64,000 nucleotides of DNA. Origin: Octopus sinensis. Its lineage: Eukaryota. Below are positions 22,290 through 37,192 of the stretch, in pieces. The notes under the pieces are model-generated. The model searched no databases. It was not told the DNA's origin and saw nothing but the letters and a program-made list of their open reading frames with translations. Position 1 is the stretch's first letter, and each line of letters begins with the position of its first letter. The DNA is taken from NCBI RefSeq assembly GCF_006345805.1, contig NC_042997.1:178188001-178252000 (forward strand), given 5' to 3'. A program made the translations under genes and the position numbers.

Positions 22290-22650
22290 CACTGCTCACT
22301 ATTCTTGGGAGGGTCATAGGAGTAGAGTCCTCAGGAACCATCTCCATAGGGTCCTATCAGAAGTAATCCTCATTATATTTTGCAGCTGGATTCCCAAGCA
22401 TGGCCAACTGAAACAATGGATATTATCCAGTCATCTTGCTTTTGGTCTACTGCCATGTCTCCTGCCAGTTGAGCTGGCTTGAAGAATTTTTTCTGATTTT
22501 TTCCTGCAGCATTCTAACCACATGTCTGTAATACAGAAGCTGTGACTTAACAATGCAGAGAAATAGTGACTTGATTTGGAGAAGCTTCTTGATCTGTTAA
22601 CTATGCATCCTGTAGAGTAACATTATTCCAAGCATTCTTCACAAGAACCC
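22290..22650 (-). mobile_element. Decayed RTE-like LINE 3' end
   Basis: Remnant ...RRHGSRPKARxLDNI resembles the RTE ORF C-terminal GRP.W motif. Confidence 0.5.
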
Positions 22651-25600
22651 CATTTTCATATAAACAATAAAACATTTGTAAGCAACACAATCTGAGAACC
22701 GCCCCCCCCCCAAAAAAAAGAAATTATACTGATGGGAACAGTACAGCACATTTTGCATACTGGGTAAAACAAGCTACCCTTTACACCACAAATGACTTGC
22801 AATTTAGATACACATATCCTGAACACTAACTTCAACATGAGTTTCACAGGTCACACCTGGAATTTATAAGCAACTTAATTATACAGATTCAGATTTTGTG
22901 CCAATGAAATGTTCATATTCAAAATCTTAGTTGAAATCATACATTTCTTTTTGTTTTCTTCATAGTGTTAATTCGAGGCTAAACATAAATCAAGATAAAA
23001 TAACTTGCTATCAGACATTAGTGGAGAAACAAAAGGTCCTCAGGCCAATCAATGTACAAATGTTCATTATTCAAAAGTACATTATTTTCATACATTTAAT
23101 ATGTAACAATTTGAGATATGAAAGCTGCAAGGTGGTGTAAATGGTAACATCTTTGTATGGTAAACAAAAGATGTATAATTAGGATTCTGTCAGTGGGTTT
23201 GTTATTTTTAGATTTTAGATCACATTTTTGCTTACACCCTATAAACATTTAATATTTAGTGTGCGCATATGTGCATGTTTGATCGCTTCAAGTCTCTTTT
23301 CCATGCCAGCATGGGCTAAATGGTTTGACAGGATCCAATGGGTTGGAGAGCCACTCTACATGTCGTGGTTTGTTGTCAATAAATAAATATTATGGGACTG
23401 AACCCAGAATCATGTCGTTGGGAAGCAAGCTTCTTACCACACAGCCACTCCTGCACATACTGTTTAACTTTTTTTAACCCCCCCCCCCAAAAAAAAAATC
23501 AAAAGGGAGCATCGAGCTACAAATGTTTGAAAATCACAGGTTTAAAAACTGAGGACCCCCACCCACAAAATCATTTTGTGATAAATCATAAAAAGTGGCA
23601 GAAGAGGTGGGGACAGGACTGACTTTTTGAAAAGTGGCTCTATTGTCAAAAGAGACGCCTATGCAAAAAGCATCAATATAAACTACTCTTTCAAAGAATT
23701 CTTTTACTAAAATAGATATCAATTTTTCAATGAAGTGGTGAAGCAAAAAATCATGTGAGAACTGATGAATAAATGTAAATTGATGGATGAAAAGTTACAT
23801 TAATGACTAATGACTAATCACGATTGAGTAGTAAAAAAAAAAAAATCCAACAGCTTCTGGAAGATTCACATTCTAAGGCATTGACATTCAAGTTGATAAT
23901 TTAATGACAAACAGGTGCTGATTCCAGGTTTATTCAATCTAGCAAGTTGGATAGAATGGTTATAAGCATTTCTTCAAACAATGTTCTGAGTTCAAACCCT
24001 CACTAGGATCAACTTTGTCTTTCATCCTTTTGTTTGTGTGTGTGTGGGGGGGGGGGCAGTAAAAGTACCATTCAAGAACTAGGGGTCAACTTGGTCTTCC
24101 CCTCAAAATTATTGATCTCGTGCCAAGATTAGAAAGTGTTATTCACAGTGTTTTCAACATCAGAAATAATTAAAATAGGATTAATATATGGTAATTAGGA
24201 AAGTATATTAGAGGCTATCTAACATCTGCTGGGGGAAACAACTTTGAGCACTCTGGAATACTTATCTGTTGTCAGAGGAGAGATAGTCATTGTTCTTACT
24301 TGTCAATCCCGTAGTAACTAGTTTATAGCAAAAAATGTTACAAAAAATCTTGTACTGCAGACTATACTTTCATTAAGGATAGCTAAGAAAGTTGTCTCCC
24401 TTGATTGTCTAACACGTGAGTAATATCAGCTAACGCCTAATATCCTCCCACCCCAAATCACTGCGATTTAACTAATAATTCTGATACTGAAAACGTTGAA
24501 AATAATTAAACCAACCCCTTTTATGAATATTCTAGGTTACACTTCCTCATGAATGTCTGGTTAAATTGATGACTCAACATGGTTGCTTGACCTGCTCTAA
24601 ATAGCAGTCAAATCTCCATTAAATGATAACCTACCGTTTTAAAAAGAGCAGGAAGATCTTGATATTCTTGGACCTAGTGTAAAGGTTTGCATCAGTGCAA
24701 ATGATACCCAAGGGAGATAGGGTAATATTAAACTGAAAAACAAATTCTGTTACATATCTTACAACATTGCTAACATTACCTAAGTTATTTCTCTGCTCAG
24801 GACCCACCTGCACCTCAGTTACAGAACTGTCACATTATAAAATAAATCAACGAGATTAATGAAGTCTTGGAGCCTGGTGCAGCCATCTGGTTCGCCAGTC
24901 CTCAGTCAAATCATCCAACCTAAGCTAGCATGGAAAGCAGATGATGATGATGATGATATATATATATACACACACACACACTATGCTTGAGGAGACCTAT
25001 TGAATCAAGTACATTAACATCAAAAAATCAAATGGAAATTATAGTTGTGATACCTGTGCCAGTGGCATGTAAAAAGCACCATCCAAACGTGGCTGATGCC
25101 AGTGCCGCTTTGACTGGCTTCCATGCTGGTGGCACGTAAAAAGCACCAACCGATCGTGGCCATTGCCAGCCTCAACTGGCACATATGCCGGTGGCACGTT
25201 AAAAACCACCAACTACACTCATGGAGTGGTTGGCCTTAGGAAGGGCATCCAGCTGTAGAAACACTGCCAGATCAGACTGGAGCCTGGTGCAGCCTCTTGG
25301 CTTCCCAGATCCCGGTCAAACTGTTCAACCCATGCTAGCATGGAAAATGGAGGTTAAACGATGATCATGATGAAGTTAAGAGGAGGTCCAAAACAACAGA
25401 AATGCTTGTACGATGAAGATGACTGCACAAAGTCCAAATATATTTCAAATTAGATTTTTGATGCTCACTCACAACATTAAAATCATTAACATTTTCTAAC
25501 AAAGTTATAAATAGTTCTTTGTCATAATTCTGTTTTTAGACAGATCTCCACCCTCCCACACACAAACACACATACATTCTAACATTTCTATCGCTTCTTG

Positions 25601-26033
25601 CATTGACACCTACATTTAAATGAACTATTCTGAAAAAGACAGATGAGATAGTAAAACAACAAAAAAAAGCTCGACAAGAATAAAGGAATAAAAGATCAGA
25701 AAGAGCTTATATCCTACACTACTTCTCCCCCACTCCACATACCAACTGTACAGCTAACAGGATAGGTGCTCACTGCTGTAATGCAATATTTGATGATGAT
25801 GAGTGATATTTTTCCTTACTGCATATTCAAGAACTGCAATATACTTTTCCTTATTGCTAGTCATTTTGATTGAGAGGATCAATTATACTTATAATAACCA
25901 ACACCAGACTGAAGCTATGTCTCTATATTGCTTTTATTTCAAACTGTCCAATTGCTACTGGATGTCATTTTCAGCCATTCTAAGTTTACAATTTTCTTAG
26001 GCACCCTTGTATCTGATTTCTAGTAGTCTTTGA

Positions 26034-26365
26034 AGGTGAAGGCACATGGCTCAGTGGTTAGTGTCAGGCTCACAAATCATGAGGTAGTGAGTTCGATTCC
26101 TTGTACCAGGCTGTGTTGTGTTTTTGAGCAAGACACTTTATTTCATGTTGCTCCAGTTCACTCATCAGTAGAAATGAGTTGTGATGTCACTGGTGCCAAG
26201 CTGTATCAGCCTTTGCTTTTCCTTTGGATAACATCAGTGGCATGGAGAGGGGAGGCTGGTATGTTGGTCTTCCACAAACAACTTTGTCCAGACTTGTGCT
26301 TTGGAAGGGAACTTTCTAGCTGCAATCCCATGGTCATTCATGATCAAAGGGGGTCTTTACCCCAT
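26034..26365 (+). mobile_element. Family D tRNA/CORE-type SINE
   Basis: tggctcagtggttag A box, gttcgattcc B box, ttgagcaagacac CORE-like motif. Copies at 52058-52375 and 58024-58358. Confidence 0.85.
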
Positions 26366-27227
26366 CCTTGAAGAATAAACTCTTTCTACCTTCCCTTTCC
26401 AAATCCTGGCATCTTTTGTTTCCTCACTGCCCAATATTCTTACCCTCTATAAATCATGAATTCTATGTGTCTTTTACTAAAATATTTTAAAATAGATTTC
26501 TGGGTGAAGTTGGTTTGTCCCCTTGCCCACCATTTCCATCATATATAGTCCTTTCTTCCCCACCAACTGAACATCATCTGTTTGGCTCCAGACATTGATT
26601 CTTTCTACTTTTACTTTCCAATTGTAGCTTCTCTCCATGTTTGCCTGGCTAACCTCACACACCCTCTCATTCAGCCTTTCCCACCTCACAGCACATCATT
26701 TCATTTCCCTATTTACAACCAAAGCAACACCACTATTTCTTTCTCTCTTCGTCATACACAGTTTAAGGACAAGCTCTGTCCTACATAAACTTCAACCCTC
26801 TTTATAGTAAACTCAGCAAACCAGTTGTCACTGATGCAGACCATCTTAATTGGATTTGGGATTTTACAATGTTAACTAAACTGGATGACTTAGTGTTAGC
26901 ATATTTAATGCATTGAGTATCCAAACACTAACTGAAAAAGTATGTTGAAGAAAAATCTTGTCAAGTTCTGTTGAGCTCAATATAAATAAATTTGATATAA
27001 ATGCTGATTAATATACAAATAATGTGAAAAATTACAGTTATTTTAGGAAATCAATCCAGACTTTCAAAATTTAAAGATAGGTACAAGCATGGGTGTGTGA
27101 TTAAGGACTAAATTTTAGTATGTGTTCAGTCCCACTACATAGCTCCTTGGCCAAGTGTCTGCTACTAAAGCCATGGGCTAACTAGGCAATGCCTTGTGAG
27201 TAAATTTTGTAGATAGAAACTGTGTGG

Positions 27228-27442
27228 TGAGCTGGCAGAAACGTTAGCATGCCAGGTGAAATGCTTAGTGGTATTTCGTCTGTGTTTATGTTCTGAGTTC
27301 AAATTCTGCTGAGATTGACTTTGCCTTTCATCCTTTTGGGGTTGATAAATTAAGTACCAGTTATGCACTGGAGTCAATGTAATTGACTTAATCCCTTGTT
27401 TGTCCCCTCTATGTTTAGCCTCTTGTGGGCAATAAAGAAATA
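27228..27442 (+). mobile_element. Family B SINE nested in a family A SINE, 13-bp TSD agaaactgtgtgg
   Basis: TSD at 27215-27227 and 27443-27455. Confidence 0.88.
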
Positions 27443-29060
27443 AGAAACTGTGTGGAAGCCCATGATATATATATATAATGTGTGTATTTCTGTGTTTGTC
27501 CTACCACTGCTTGACACCTGATATTGGTTTGTTTACATCCTCGTAACCTAGTGGTTTGGCAAAAGGCACCAATAGGATAAGTGTCAGATTCGACTTAAAA
27601 TTTAAGCACTGTGTTGAATTTGTTTGACTAAACTCTTAAAAGGTGCAATTCTACCATTGCAAAAAAAAAAAAAAAAAAAAAAAAAGACAGAACATATCTT
27701 TAAATACAGAGCATTAAAGGTTGAAATGGAAATATTAAATTTAGTTATGAAAGCAATGCACCACAACAGAAGATGGAATCAGGAATGCTGGCAAAATGAT
27801 GATAAAATTGATACAGAACATTTGACACGCATACATTTGTGAGCATAGTAGGACTGTCTGTCTCCATACTGAACCTACCCAACATTCCTCATAGTAGCAT
27901 TCTAAACTTAAATCTTAATGCGCCTTTCTCCTCACTCCCGCAAATCCTCAATTAAAAAAAGAGAAAACAAAAGAATTGCATCAAACATCAATTTTCCCTT
28001 AACAGCCATATATCTTTTGTAGAAAGATTTCCACAGGTAAATCCCCCCATAAATCTGATTGCATATAACAGCCTAAATTAGTCATCAAAATAATTGATTT
28101 TTTTTTTTTTTTTGTTTTAATTAGCAGAATTGCTTAATAGTGAAACTATATTTTGATTTGCAGAATATTTGAATAAATTCCTTGGATTCCATTCCAACCA
28201 CACTAGAGAGAGGAAGAGAGAGAATTAAGTTGCAAATTAAAAGAAAGGATGGAATGTTGAAAAATTTTAGAAATTTAAAATAAAAAAAAATTGCACTTAG
28301 ATATTTGAAGTTAAATCAAATTTCTTTTAATCAAAATAATTTTAATTTTCAACAATTACTAGAGTCAGTGTTAATTCAAATAAACTATGATAGTCCAACC
28401 CATGTCAGCATGACAAATGGACATTAAATGATGATGATACATAGTTTTTACAAGATTTTATCAGAATCACGTAAGATCCAATATGTAAATATCAGCTGTT
28501 GGGTTCCTTTAACCCATTTCCCATTTATATCCACATGGTTTGACCAATGCCTTGTGACAGGAATTTGAGACGGAAACGGTAACTTATTGTGTATGTATGT
28601 GTGTACTGGTATAAATCAGTAAGTCAAGCAGGGGTACCTTGTGGTAAATTCATCCCTAAATAGACAAAATACACAAGAAAGCTTAAATATTCAATTAAAA
28701 ATAGATCCAATAAAATGAGTACCAGACTAAGTACTGTGATCAACATAATTTCCTAAAATCCTTGAAAACTGTGCCCTAGTAAAGACTCAACTTGTCTTGT
28801 AATGGTATTCACCCAGGTAGGGTTAAGTTGGCTCCCATTGAGTTCACCACATCATGGGTCAAGGTGATCCATGCATGTCTGTTGGTGGCCAAGTCTGCAA
28901 TGTGTTGAGGCCATTCCCAGTTCCAGTGATGAACGCCAAAGACTCGAGGGCCAGAAATGAGCTCCATATCTGCTTTGACTGTTGCATGTCATGTCTTCAG
29001 CTGACCACTTCTCCACTTATGCTAACCCAGGGAAGGAGATGGTAGTATTGTCTTCTGGAT

Positions 29061-29285
29061 GAGCTGGCAGAAACGTTAGCACACCGGGCGAAATGCTTTG
29101 TGGTATTTCGTCCACCACTGCGTTCTGAGTTCAATTTCCACTGAGGTTGACTTTGCCTTTCATCCTATCAGGGCTGATAAATTAAGTACCAGTTACGCAC
29201 TGGAGTCGATATAATCAACTTAATCCATTTGTCTGTCCTTGTTTGTCCCCTCTATGTTTAGCCCCTTGTGGGTAGTAAAGAAATA
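29061..29285 (+). mobile_element. Family B SINE with 17-20-bp TSD agtattgtcttctggat(gag)
   Basis: TSD at 29044-29063 and 29286-29305. Confidence 0.9.
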
Positions 29286-31027
29286 AGTATTGTCTTCTGG
29301 ATGAGTTCATCATGGGAGCACTACAATATGTAACCAAACCACTGTGGTCTCCTTGTCAGAAAAGTACTCTCAAGAGGTGAGAAACTGTAATGAGCATAAA
29401 GTTGTCAGTTCGAAACGCAGTCTGAGATGCAACCTACTGATTAAAAACAGTCCACGAATAACTGTAGTTAATTAGAGAACCTACACGTTAATAAAGTTAT
29501 GCAACAAAAACAGGATACATAACTCCATTTGGGCACGTTTGCATATATATATGTGCCAAATGTTTTAAGCAGTCTTTCAATAATTTTCTTCCTAATCCAA
29601 AACAATGGTAACTAAAATAGTCTGGTAGACTACAAGAAAGTTATTTATATGCTTGTATGCAATTATCATTATTCTCATTATTATTATTATCATAATATTT
29701 TTTCTTTTGCTTTATTTTCAATTAAAGTGGAACACTCACATTAATAGTTTTGACAAGTAGCTGAAAGATTTCAATGTATTTCAAAAGTGCTTTAGTTTTT
29801 TTAGGAAAATTTTTGCTTTGCAAGGAGAGCAGTGCTTTTTCTGAATGTAATAATAGATTAGGTCTTGAAAGGAGAAAGAAAGAAATGAAAAAACAAAACA
29901 AAACAAAGAACAAAACAGTTTCTATTGATTGGTAGATGAAAACATAATTGAATAGCCAGCGGAAAAGGTCAGGATGAATCCCACCAGTTTTATTTTACTT
30001 GTTGTTGGCTGTGCAATTAGAAGTTTTGATAAGAACAATAAGTTTCCAGACGTATATTGTTATAGAGGTTATTAGATCTCACTTGAATATCTTCAGGCAG
30101 AAACTACGAAAAATAATAACAATAAAAAAAAAAATTTAAGTGGAAAAATTACATAGAATTTTTCTATACTAGCTTCAATTGTTCAATTGATTTTTTTCCC
30201 TTTCAGTATTTTTTACATGTATTTTCTCCTAGGTAAGCATGAATAGTTGTTTTAAGGAAAAAGCTAAAAAAAATTATGCTTGCAATATAAATTGCTGGAG
30301 CATCTATTTTTTTTACAGCTGGAAGTTGAAAAGTATTCTACACAAGTGGGTATGTTATCTGCTGTTAGCTTGGTAGAATGATATAAAAACTGTGAAGCAC
30401 CCTGATGTGGGCTGTAACACAATTGTTGTGATGAGATTTAAAATTATGATCCTGCAGCAAGTAACCTCTAAAGGTTTTATGATCAACTAAGACAACGATT
30501 CAGCATGGAATTCTCAACTCTGTATTTTGTGGTCAGATACTCTTCTCAATGCCAATTACTCAACTGTATAGAAAGGATTCTCATCCATTTTACTGATATT
30601 ATCATCATTATTTAACATCCAATTTTCTATACTTGGATAGGTCAGAAAGAATTCAATGAGACAGCTGGCTGGATGCCCTTCCTGTTGCTAACCCTCACCT
30701 GTTTCTAATCAAGGTAATCTTTACCAATGGTCAGATACATTTTTCATGAAAGGCTGAAAGCAAACAGCATCATTTGCAGGACGGTGATGTCTGTTTACAA
30801 CCATCACATGATGTCAAAGATACAATGACACACACACACACCACATGATGGGTTTCTTTCAGTTGCCATCTACCAAATCCAGTTACAAGCTCACAAGGCT
30901 CTGGTTGACAAGGGTCAATAGCAGAGGACACTAGCCCAAGGTGGGGCATAATGGGCCTGAACCCAAACTACATGGTTGGGAAGCACACCTCTTAACCACA
31001 TAGACACACCTACACTTATATATATGT

Positions 31028-31322
31028 AAGGGCACACGTCTCAGTGGTTAGGGTGTTGCAGTCACAATCACTAGATCATGATTTTAATTCCTAGACTGAG
31101 TGGTGCATTGTGTTCTTAAGCAAAACACTTCATCTCATGTTGCTCTGCAATCATTTCAACATCTGATGCTTGGTACACAGTGCACCTGTTCAGGCAATGT
31201 TGATTTGATGGAGTGAGTGAGCTAATGTGCAGCATGAACATTTGATCATTATAAACAAATCATTTGTGCAGGTTGTTCGGCAAAGGCTGAACACTCGTAC
31301 ATCGTCTTCAACAAGAGACTCC
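31028..31322 (+). mobile_element. tRNA/CORE-type SINE (family F)
   Basis: ctcagtggttagggtg head, gtgttcttaagcaaaacac CORE-like motif. A 3' fragment lies on the minus strand at ~59260-59395. Confidence 0.7.
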
Positions 31323-32349
31323 ATCATATATACTCTTTTATTCGTTTACTTGTTCCAGTCATTTGACTGCGGCCATGCTGGAGCACCACCTTTAGTTGAG
31401 CAAATCAACCCAAGGACTTGTTCTTTGTAAGCCTAGTACCTTATTATATCAGTCTCTTTTGCCGAACTGCTAAGTTTCGGGGACGCAAACACACCAGCAT
31501 TGGGACAAACACAGACATATACACACATACATATATACAATGGGCATCTTTCAGTTTCCGTCTACCAAATCCAGTCACAAGGTTTTGGTCGGCCCGAGGC
31601 TATAGTAGAAGACACTTGCCCAAGATGCCACGCAGTGGGACTGAACCTGGAGCCATGTGGTTTGTAAGCAAGCTACTTACCACACAGCCACTCCTATGCC
31701 TATTATATATATCTCTATAATGATTATCAAAATAAGACACAGTCCTCTTTAGGTAACAAATATATATGAATAACTTCTCAAAAATTGCACACTGAAATGA
31801 ATAATTATGACTTGGGCAGGTATCTAGGTAAGAGTTCACATCCTACTGCAAGCAGCCCTATTTGATGGTGCTAAGATACTAGAATGTTTCTGTTGACCCA
31901 CCCAGCTGGAGAGTAGATAAGTGACCATCTTAAGAAAGACAGTCCAAGACAAGAGATATATTGTCTATTTAATGTTAATGAATCCACTGCAAGAACTGAT
32001 CAGATGGTTTAGTAATTATAAAGATTGACATTTTCTAAGTGATAACACAAACAGACCATTGTTTGATCCATAAATTGTATAGTCTACTAAAGGCAGGGGC
32101 ATCCTTTCTTTTGAGAAGCAGGATGCACAACTTGAATAATTCAAGGTAATTTTTCATTAGGTGTTCCATTCAGAAAGGCTTGTATGCTGCAGGTTACCCA
32201 TAACTGGGCAAAATAGTGTTAAACTAGGTAATGTGTTAGGCTTAGCCAATGGCAACAAGAACAGTTGCAATGTTTTGTTATTGACTCTAGCACTAGAAAG
32301 GTTATCTTAGAAGGTTTAGAGGCTCCTTGCTGACCTTGACTTTCACTTC

Positions 32350-32925
32350 TCTATGTAGAATGTCATCCAGCTCCAAAAATCCCTAGATATCTATAGCCAC
32401 TACTGTTGGGATCACCCATAGTCTCTCCTAATGATAACTGCAAACCTCTGCAGGCTGTTTTCTTCCCTCTTTTCATATTAAGTACTGAGTATTTGGTAAT
32501 CTCAAATTCCATACCTATTTCTTTACTACCCACAAGGGGCTAAACACAGAGAGGACAAACAAGGACAGACAAACGGATTAAGTCGATTATATCGACCCCA
32601 GTGTGTAACTGGTACTTATTTAATCGACCCCAAAAGGATGAAAGGCAAAGTCGACCTCGGCGGAATTTGAACTCAGAACGTAGCGGCAGACGAAATACTG
32701 TAAAGCATTTCGCCCGGCATGCTAACATTTCAGCCAGCTCGCCGCCTTGAATCCCAAATTCCATACCGATGTCCCTACCACACATCTGGACTGTTTTGGT
32801 TAAGGACGCTATCTGTTTTTCAGATTTCCCAAGCAATTTCAGGTCATCCACAAACAGAAGATGGTTCAATGATGGGCCTTTCTTCCCACATCCGTAACCC
32901 ATCTTAACTCTCCTAAGTGTCATTG
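32350..32925 (-). mobile_element. RT fragment of an R4/Dong-like non-LTR retrotransposon, split by a family B SINE
   Basis: LNHLLFVDDLKLLGKSEKQI...GRDIGMEFGI, resuming as ...LNMKRGRK...YRYLGI. Confidence 0.85.
32516..32749 (-). mobile_element. Family B SINE with 18-bp TSD
   Basis: aatc(t/c)caaattccatacc at 32498-32515 and 32750-32767. Confidence 0.9.
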
Positions 32926-35697
32926 TTTAGAGGTTGAGAGGCTCCAAGAGCTGTTGTAGAATCAACTTGGCAGCAGACAAGCATCCTATCAAGAGACAGC
33001 TTCCTTTCTCATCCACTTAACTCTGGCGAGACCAGAGTTGAATTCTAGTCTTGTTGATCGATTCTTGTGAGCAATAATTTTATGGAAGACATAAAAGTTT
33101 TCTTTGCAGATTGATGGCAAATATGATGTGATGCAACTGAAGAAGATTTTCATAATATTGGTAAATATTTGAACGGCGACTTTGTAATGTATGTTTGTTG
33201 ATAGAGATGGAATTATAAATGTGGTGAGGTTATGTGATCAGTGTTCACTGATGTGAATAATTTGCTTAAAAGCAATACTAGAAAACAATCAACTAATTAG
33301 TAACAGAGTCTGAAATCAGTTGGTTCTGACTACAGTTCTGGCAATGTAGATTTATAGTCTATAGCTTAACCTTGGCAGCAGTAAGAGTAGACAGGAAGCT
33401 GGTAATTAGTAAAGTGGGCTTTATATAAGGGATAGCTTTTATAATGTCATGTAACAGAGGAAATGTATAGCGGCAGACAGCTAGTGACATTTAACAAAGA
33501 TAGTTTTTAGAACTGCAGACCAAGTTTGAGATTAGAGAAAGAAGAGTTTCTTTAGATAGTAAACAACATTAGAAGTGGAATGCTGAGGAAGACTGAACAG
33601 TAGGATAGAAGAGAAAGAAAGAGGAGGATGGAGGTGTGGTGGTGGTGGTAGTGGTGAAAGTAAACAAAAAGAAAGATGTGCATTTTGATGATAGATGAAA
33701 AGATATAAATATATAAAGAGCTGATGAAATTCCTGATTGTATGAAAGAATTAGCCTGAAAGTTTGTAACAGACAGGATCTTACAAATATTGCAAAACACA
33801 TAATGGTACTTTTATACCATGGGCTATAAATATATTGAAGAGAGACCAAAGGTTGCAAAAGTGCAAGTAGTAGTATGTCTGTCATGATTACAGAAGATGT
33901 GTGGTTCAAACCCCAGGTAGCTTTTAGCCTTTTACCATCCGAGCGAGGTTTTAACCTAATATATTACAAGCCATTACTGACTGCTGTAGTTGCTTTCAGA
34001 TACACCATTAAATGATTTATTCACACACACACGCACTAAAGTTGCAATGACTGGCTGCAAAATAATTGTAAATGGTAATGAGGAATCAATTGTACTGAGA
34101 CTGAAATTGCCTACAACATTACTGAGATGTTCAGTAGTCACAGAGATAGAGAAGACAAACGTCTTTGGTGGTTGCTTTAGCCCCACTACTAATTTAATTG
34201 TATTATAATATAAAGTGAGAGGTTATTTTCAAAGTCTGAAATGTTACATAAAAATCATTGCCAATGTTATTTATAAATACAAAAAATACATCTACTAGAG
34301 AAGAGAAACTACATTATTAGCTTTAGAATTATCACTGTCATTTAGCACCATCCGAGTGTGATCGTTGCCAGAGCAGCCAACTGGCTTCCGTACCCGTGGC
34401 ACGTAAAAGGGCACCATTCGAGCGTGATCGTTACCAACATCGCTTCACTGGCACCTGTGCCGGTGGCACTTTTAAAAAGATTCGAGCGAGGTCATTGCCA
34501 GTACCGCCTGACTGGCCCTTGTGGCACGTAAAAAGCACCCACTACTCTCTCGGAGTGGTTGGCATTAGGAAGGGCATCCAGCTGTAGAAATTCTGCCAGA
34601 TCAAGACTGGAGCCTGGTGCAGCCATCTGGTTTGCCAGCCTTCAGTCAAAATCGTCCAACCCATGCTAGCATGGAAAGCGGACGTTAAACGATGATGATG
34701 ATGATGATTTAGCATCTGTTTTCCATGCTGGCATGGATTAGATGGTTTGAGTGAAACTGTAAGCTGGAGAGCTGTACTAGGCTCCACTCTAGTTTGGCTT
34801 GATTTCTATGGCTGGATGCCCTTCCTAAAACATAATGAAAATAATGAAATGTGCTATAACACAGCAAATCAAAGTATAGTTGTTTGTCTCCAAGATTAGT
34901 CCTGACTGAACAGACATAGGATGAAAGGCATGAACTGTCTGTTGTATTTTCAGCAATAGTGTATCTCAGACCATATCATCCAATGCATTTGCTTTTCAAC
35001 ATGTTAGAGTATGATTAAAGGAAGAATTAGCCCAGTAGAATCAGCCTCAAGCAGTAATATATTTATCCCTTGTGGGTAAAAGTTTTCGTGCCACATGGGT
35101 AAATATATTCTGCTTGATCAGATGTTATTATACAATCCTCAAGCTTTATCAAAAATATTCAGATTGGAGCCTAGTGCAGCCATCTGGTTCGCCAGTCCTC
35201 AGTCAAATCGTCCAACCCATGCTAGCATAGAAAGCAGATGTTAAACGATGATGATGATGATTCTAGAATACTTTTTTACACAGTTTTGCAGTGTATTGCC
35301 ACAGAAAGTTATGCCATCTCTGCTAGGAAATCATTAGAAGCATGTGTAATGTATCAATGGATAGAGAACAATATGCCCAATGACACCAAATCTAACAAGA
35401 GATTTTATCAACGACAATTCCAAAGTTTAATACCTTGATGTATATACATTTAGTATGATACACAGATGGCAATTTTAATTTAATGCTGATTCATTTGCCG
35501 TAAGGGGGTCATACATATATTATACAATGGTAGAGTGGGGTGTAATGAAAGAATAAACAAATTGTGATGCTTGCTGCTCATAATATTATTCCATATTTTT
35601 GCATATAACTAAGAGGGACAGATAGTAAAATACATCAAGTCAATAAGGAGCAAATGACAGAGGAAGGGCTAAGAAGCACTGAAATAGAGGCCACTTC

Positions 35698-35995
35698 ATT
35701 GTTGCTTTTGTTTGTTCCTTCTCGAGCCATGCCTGGCTATAAGGGCCGGTTTCCCGCTTTCTTGGCATATAGGTTCCCCACCTGGACGGGACACCGGTCC
35801 ATTGCAGGTGAGCTGCAAGATGTAGGAGGAAAGAGTGAGAGAAAGTTGTGGCGAAAGAGTTAGCAGAAGTTTCGCCATTACCTTCTGCCGGAGCCGCCTG
35901 GAGCTTAGGTGTTTCGCTCATAAACACATGCATCGTCCGGTCTGAGATTCGAATCTGTGATCCCTTGACTGCGAGTCCGCTGCTCCAACCACTTC
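35698..35995 (-). mobile_element. Family E tRNA-derived SINE
   Basis: Minus head agtggttggagcagcggactcgcagtc...attcgaatctc, GC-rich body, aac-type tail. Confidence 0.75.
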
Positions 35996-36811
35996 ATTGC
36001 CTGCTCAGAACGAGATTTAAATGCAACTAGCAAGTTCTATAAAGCCATATTTTAGTATAATAATAATAGTGACCGTGAAGGAGGGTAGTCTTAAAGTTGC
36101 TATTGGACCAAGTCTGTCCTGATTGAGTAAGCTTCTAATTAAAGAAGATTTCAACTGTGACCACCCAGTTATTTTCTGCATAGTGCATCTGAGACAGCAG
36201 TACCAGTGTGTTCCCCCAATTCCTTTTATTTTAGATGGTAAGGTGTGATATAAGAGAGATTTGACTGATATTTATAGTAAATTGTGTAACCTTACAGAGG
36301 TTACTTAATTCTTCTGTGTTCATTAGAAAGGAGACTCTAGTGATGTGACAATGTGAACAGAAAAGGGTTATATGATAGTGAAAGTAGAAATAAGTTAAAG
36401 AAAATGATGAGACAATTCAGATATTTAAGAACATTGGGATTTAAGTAAAAGGGCCAATTTATAAGATACATTGTGTAATAGTAGTGGTAGTGGTGTGTGC
36501 ACATATGTATCATTAACCTCATTATTGCTTTGATGTCTACTTTTCCATGCTAGTGTAAGTCAGATGGAATTCTTTGAGGCAGATTCTCAAAGGCTGGATG
36601 TTCTTCTTGTCATCAACCTTTACCAGTTTCCAAGTACGGTAGTATTTTTCCAGCACTGGACATGTATTTGTGAAAGATTGGAAATGAATGATACTAGTCG
36701 TATGACAGTGATACTTATTATAGCGATGGGGTATAACCAGATGATAATTAAGTCTCCTACATAAAGTCAAGAACAATCCCTCTGATGAGTTTACACAGTT
36801 TCCAACAACCA

Positions 36812-37192
36812 AATTTCTGTAACAAGGCTTTGGTCAATGTGAAACTATGTTAGAATTTAACTCAAAATCAGGCAGTCATAAAACAAATTTCTTAACCACA
36901 CAACTGTACGTACACAGTGTGTCAAACTAAACAATGAACAAAGTCCACCACCCAAGGAAAGGTATAGTTTGAGAGGCCATTGTTTGTTTTACCATATATT
37001 TCACTACAAAGAAAAATTTTAAAAGTTCACCTAGTTCTTAAACAAAAAATAACATGCTTCTGAAGTGTTCATATTTAAATTGAAACCACCCTTCATCATT
37101 TAATTTATAAGAACTTTTTAAGCTATGTTCTGGCTAAATAATTAAGTCCCAAATTTTTCATTATTTTCAAATTTATTTGAAAACATTGAGCT
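36812..37192 (+). repeat. ~380-bp direct duplication, copy 1
   Basis: Highly similar to 39905-40288. Confidence 0.92.

Noticed and set aside
32540-32923. 127-aa ORF as a gene
   Set aside because: LINE RT fragment fused to an inserted SINE.
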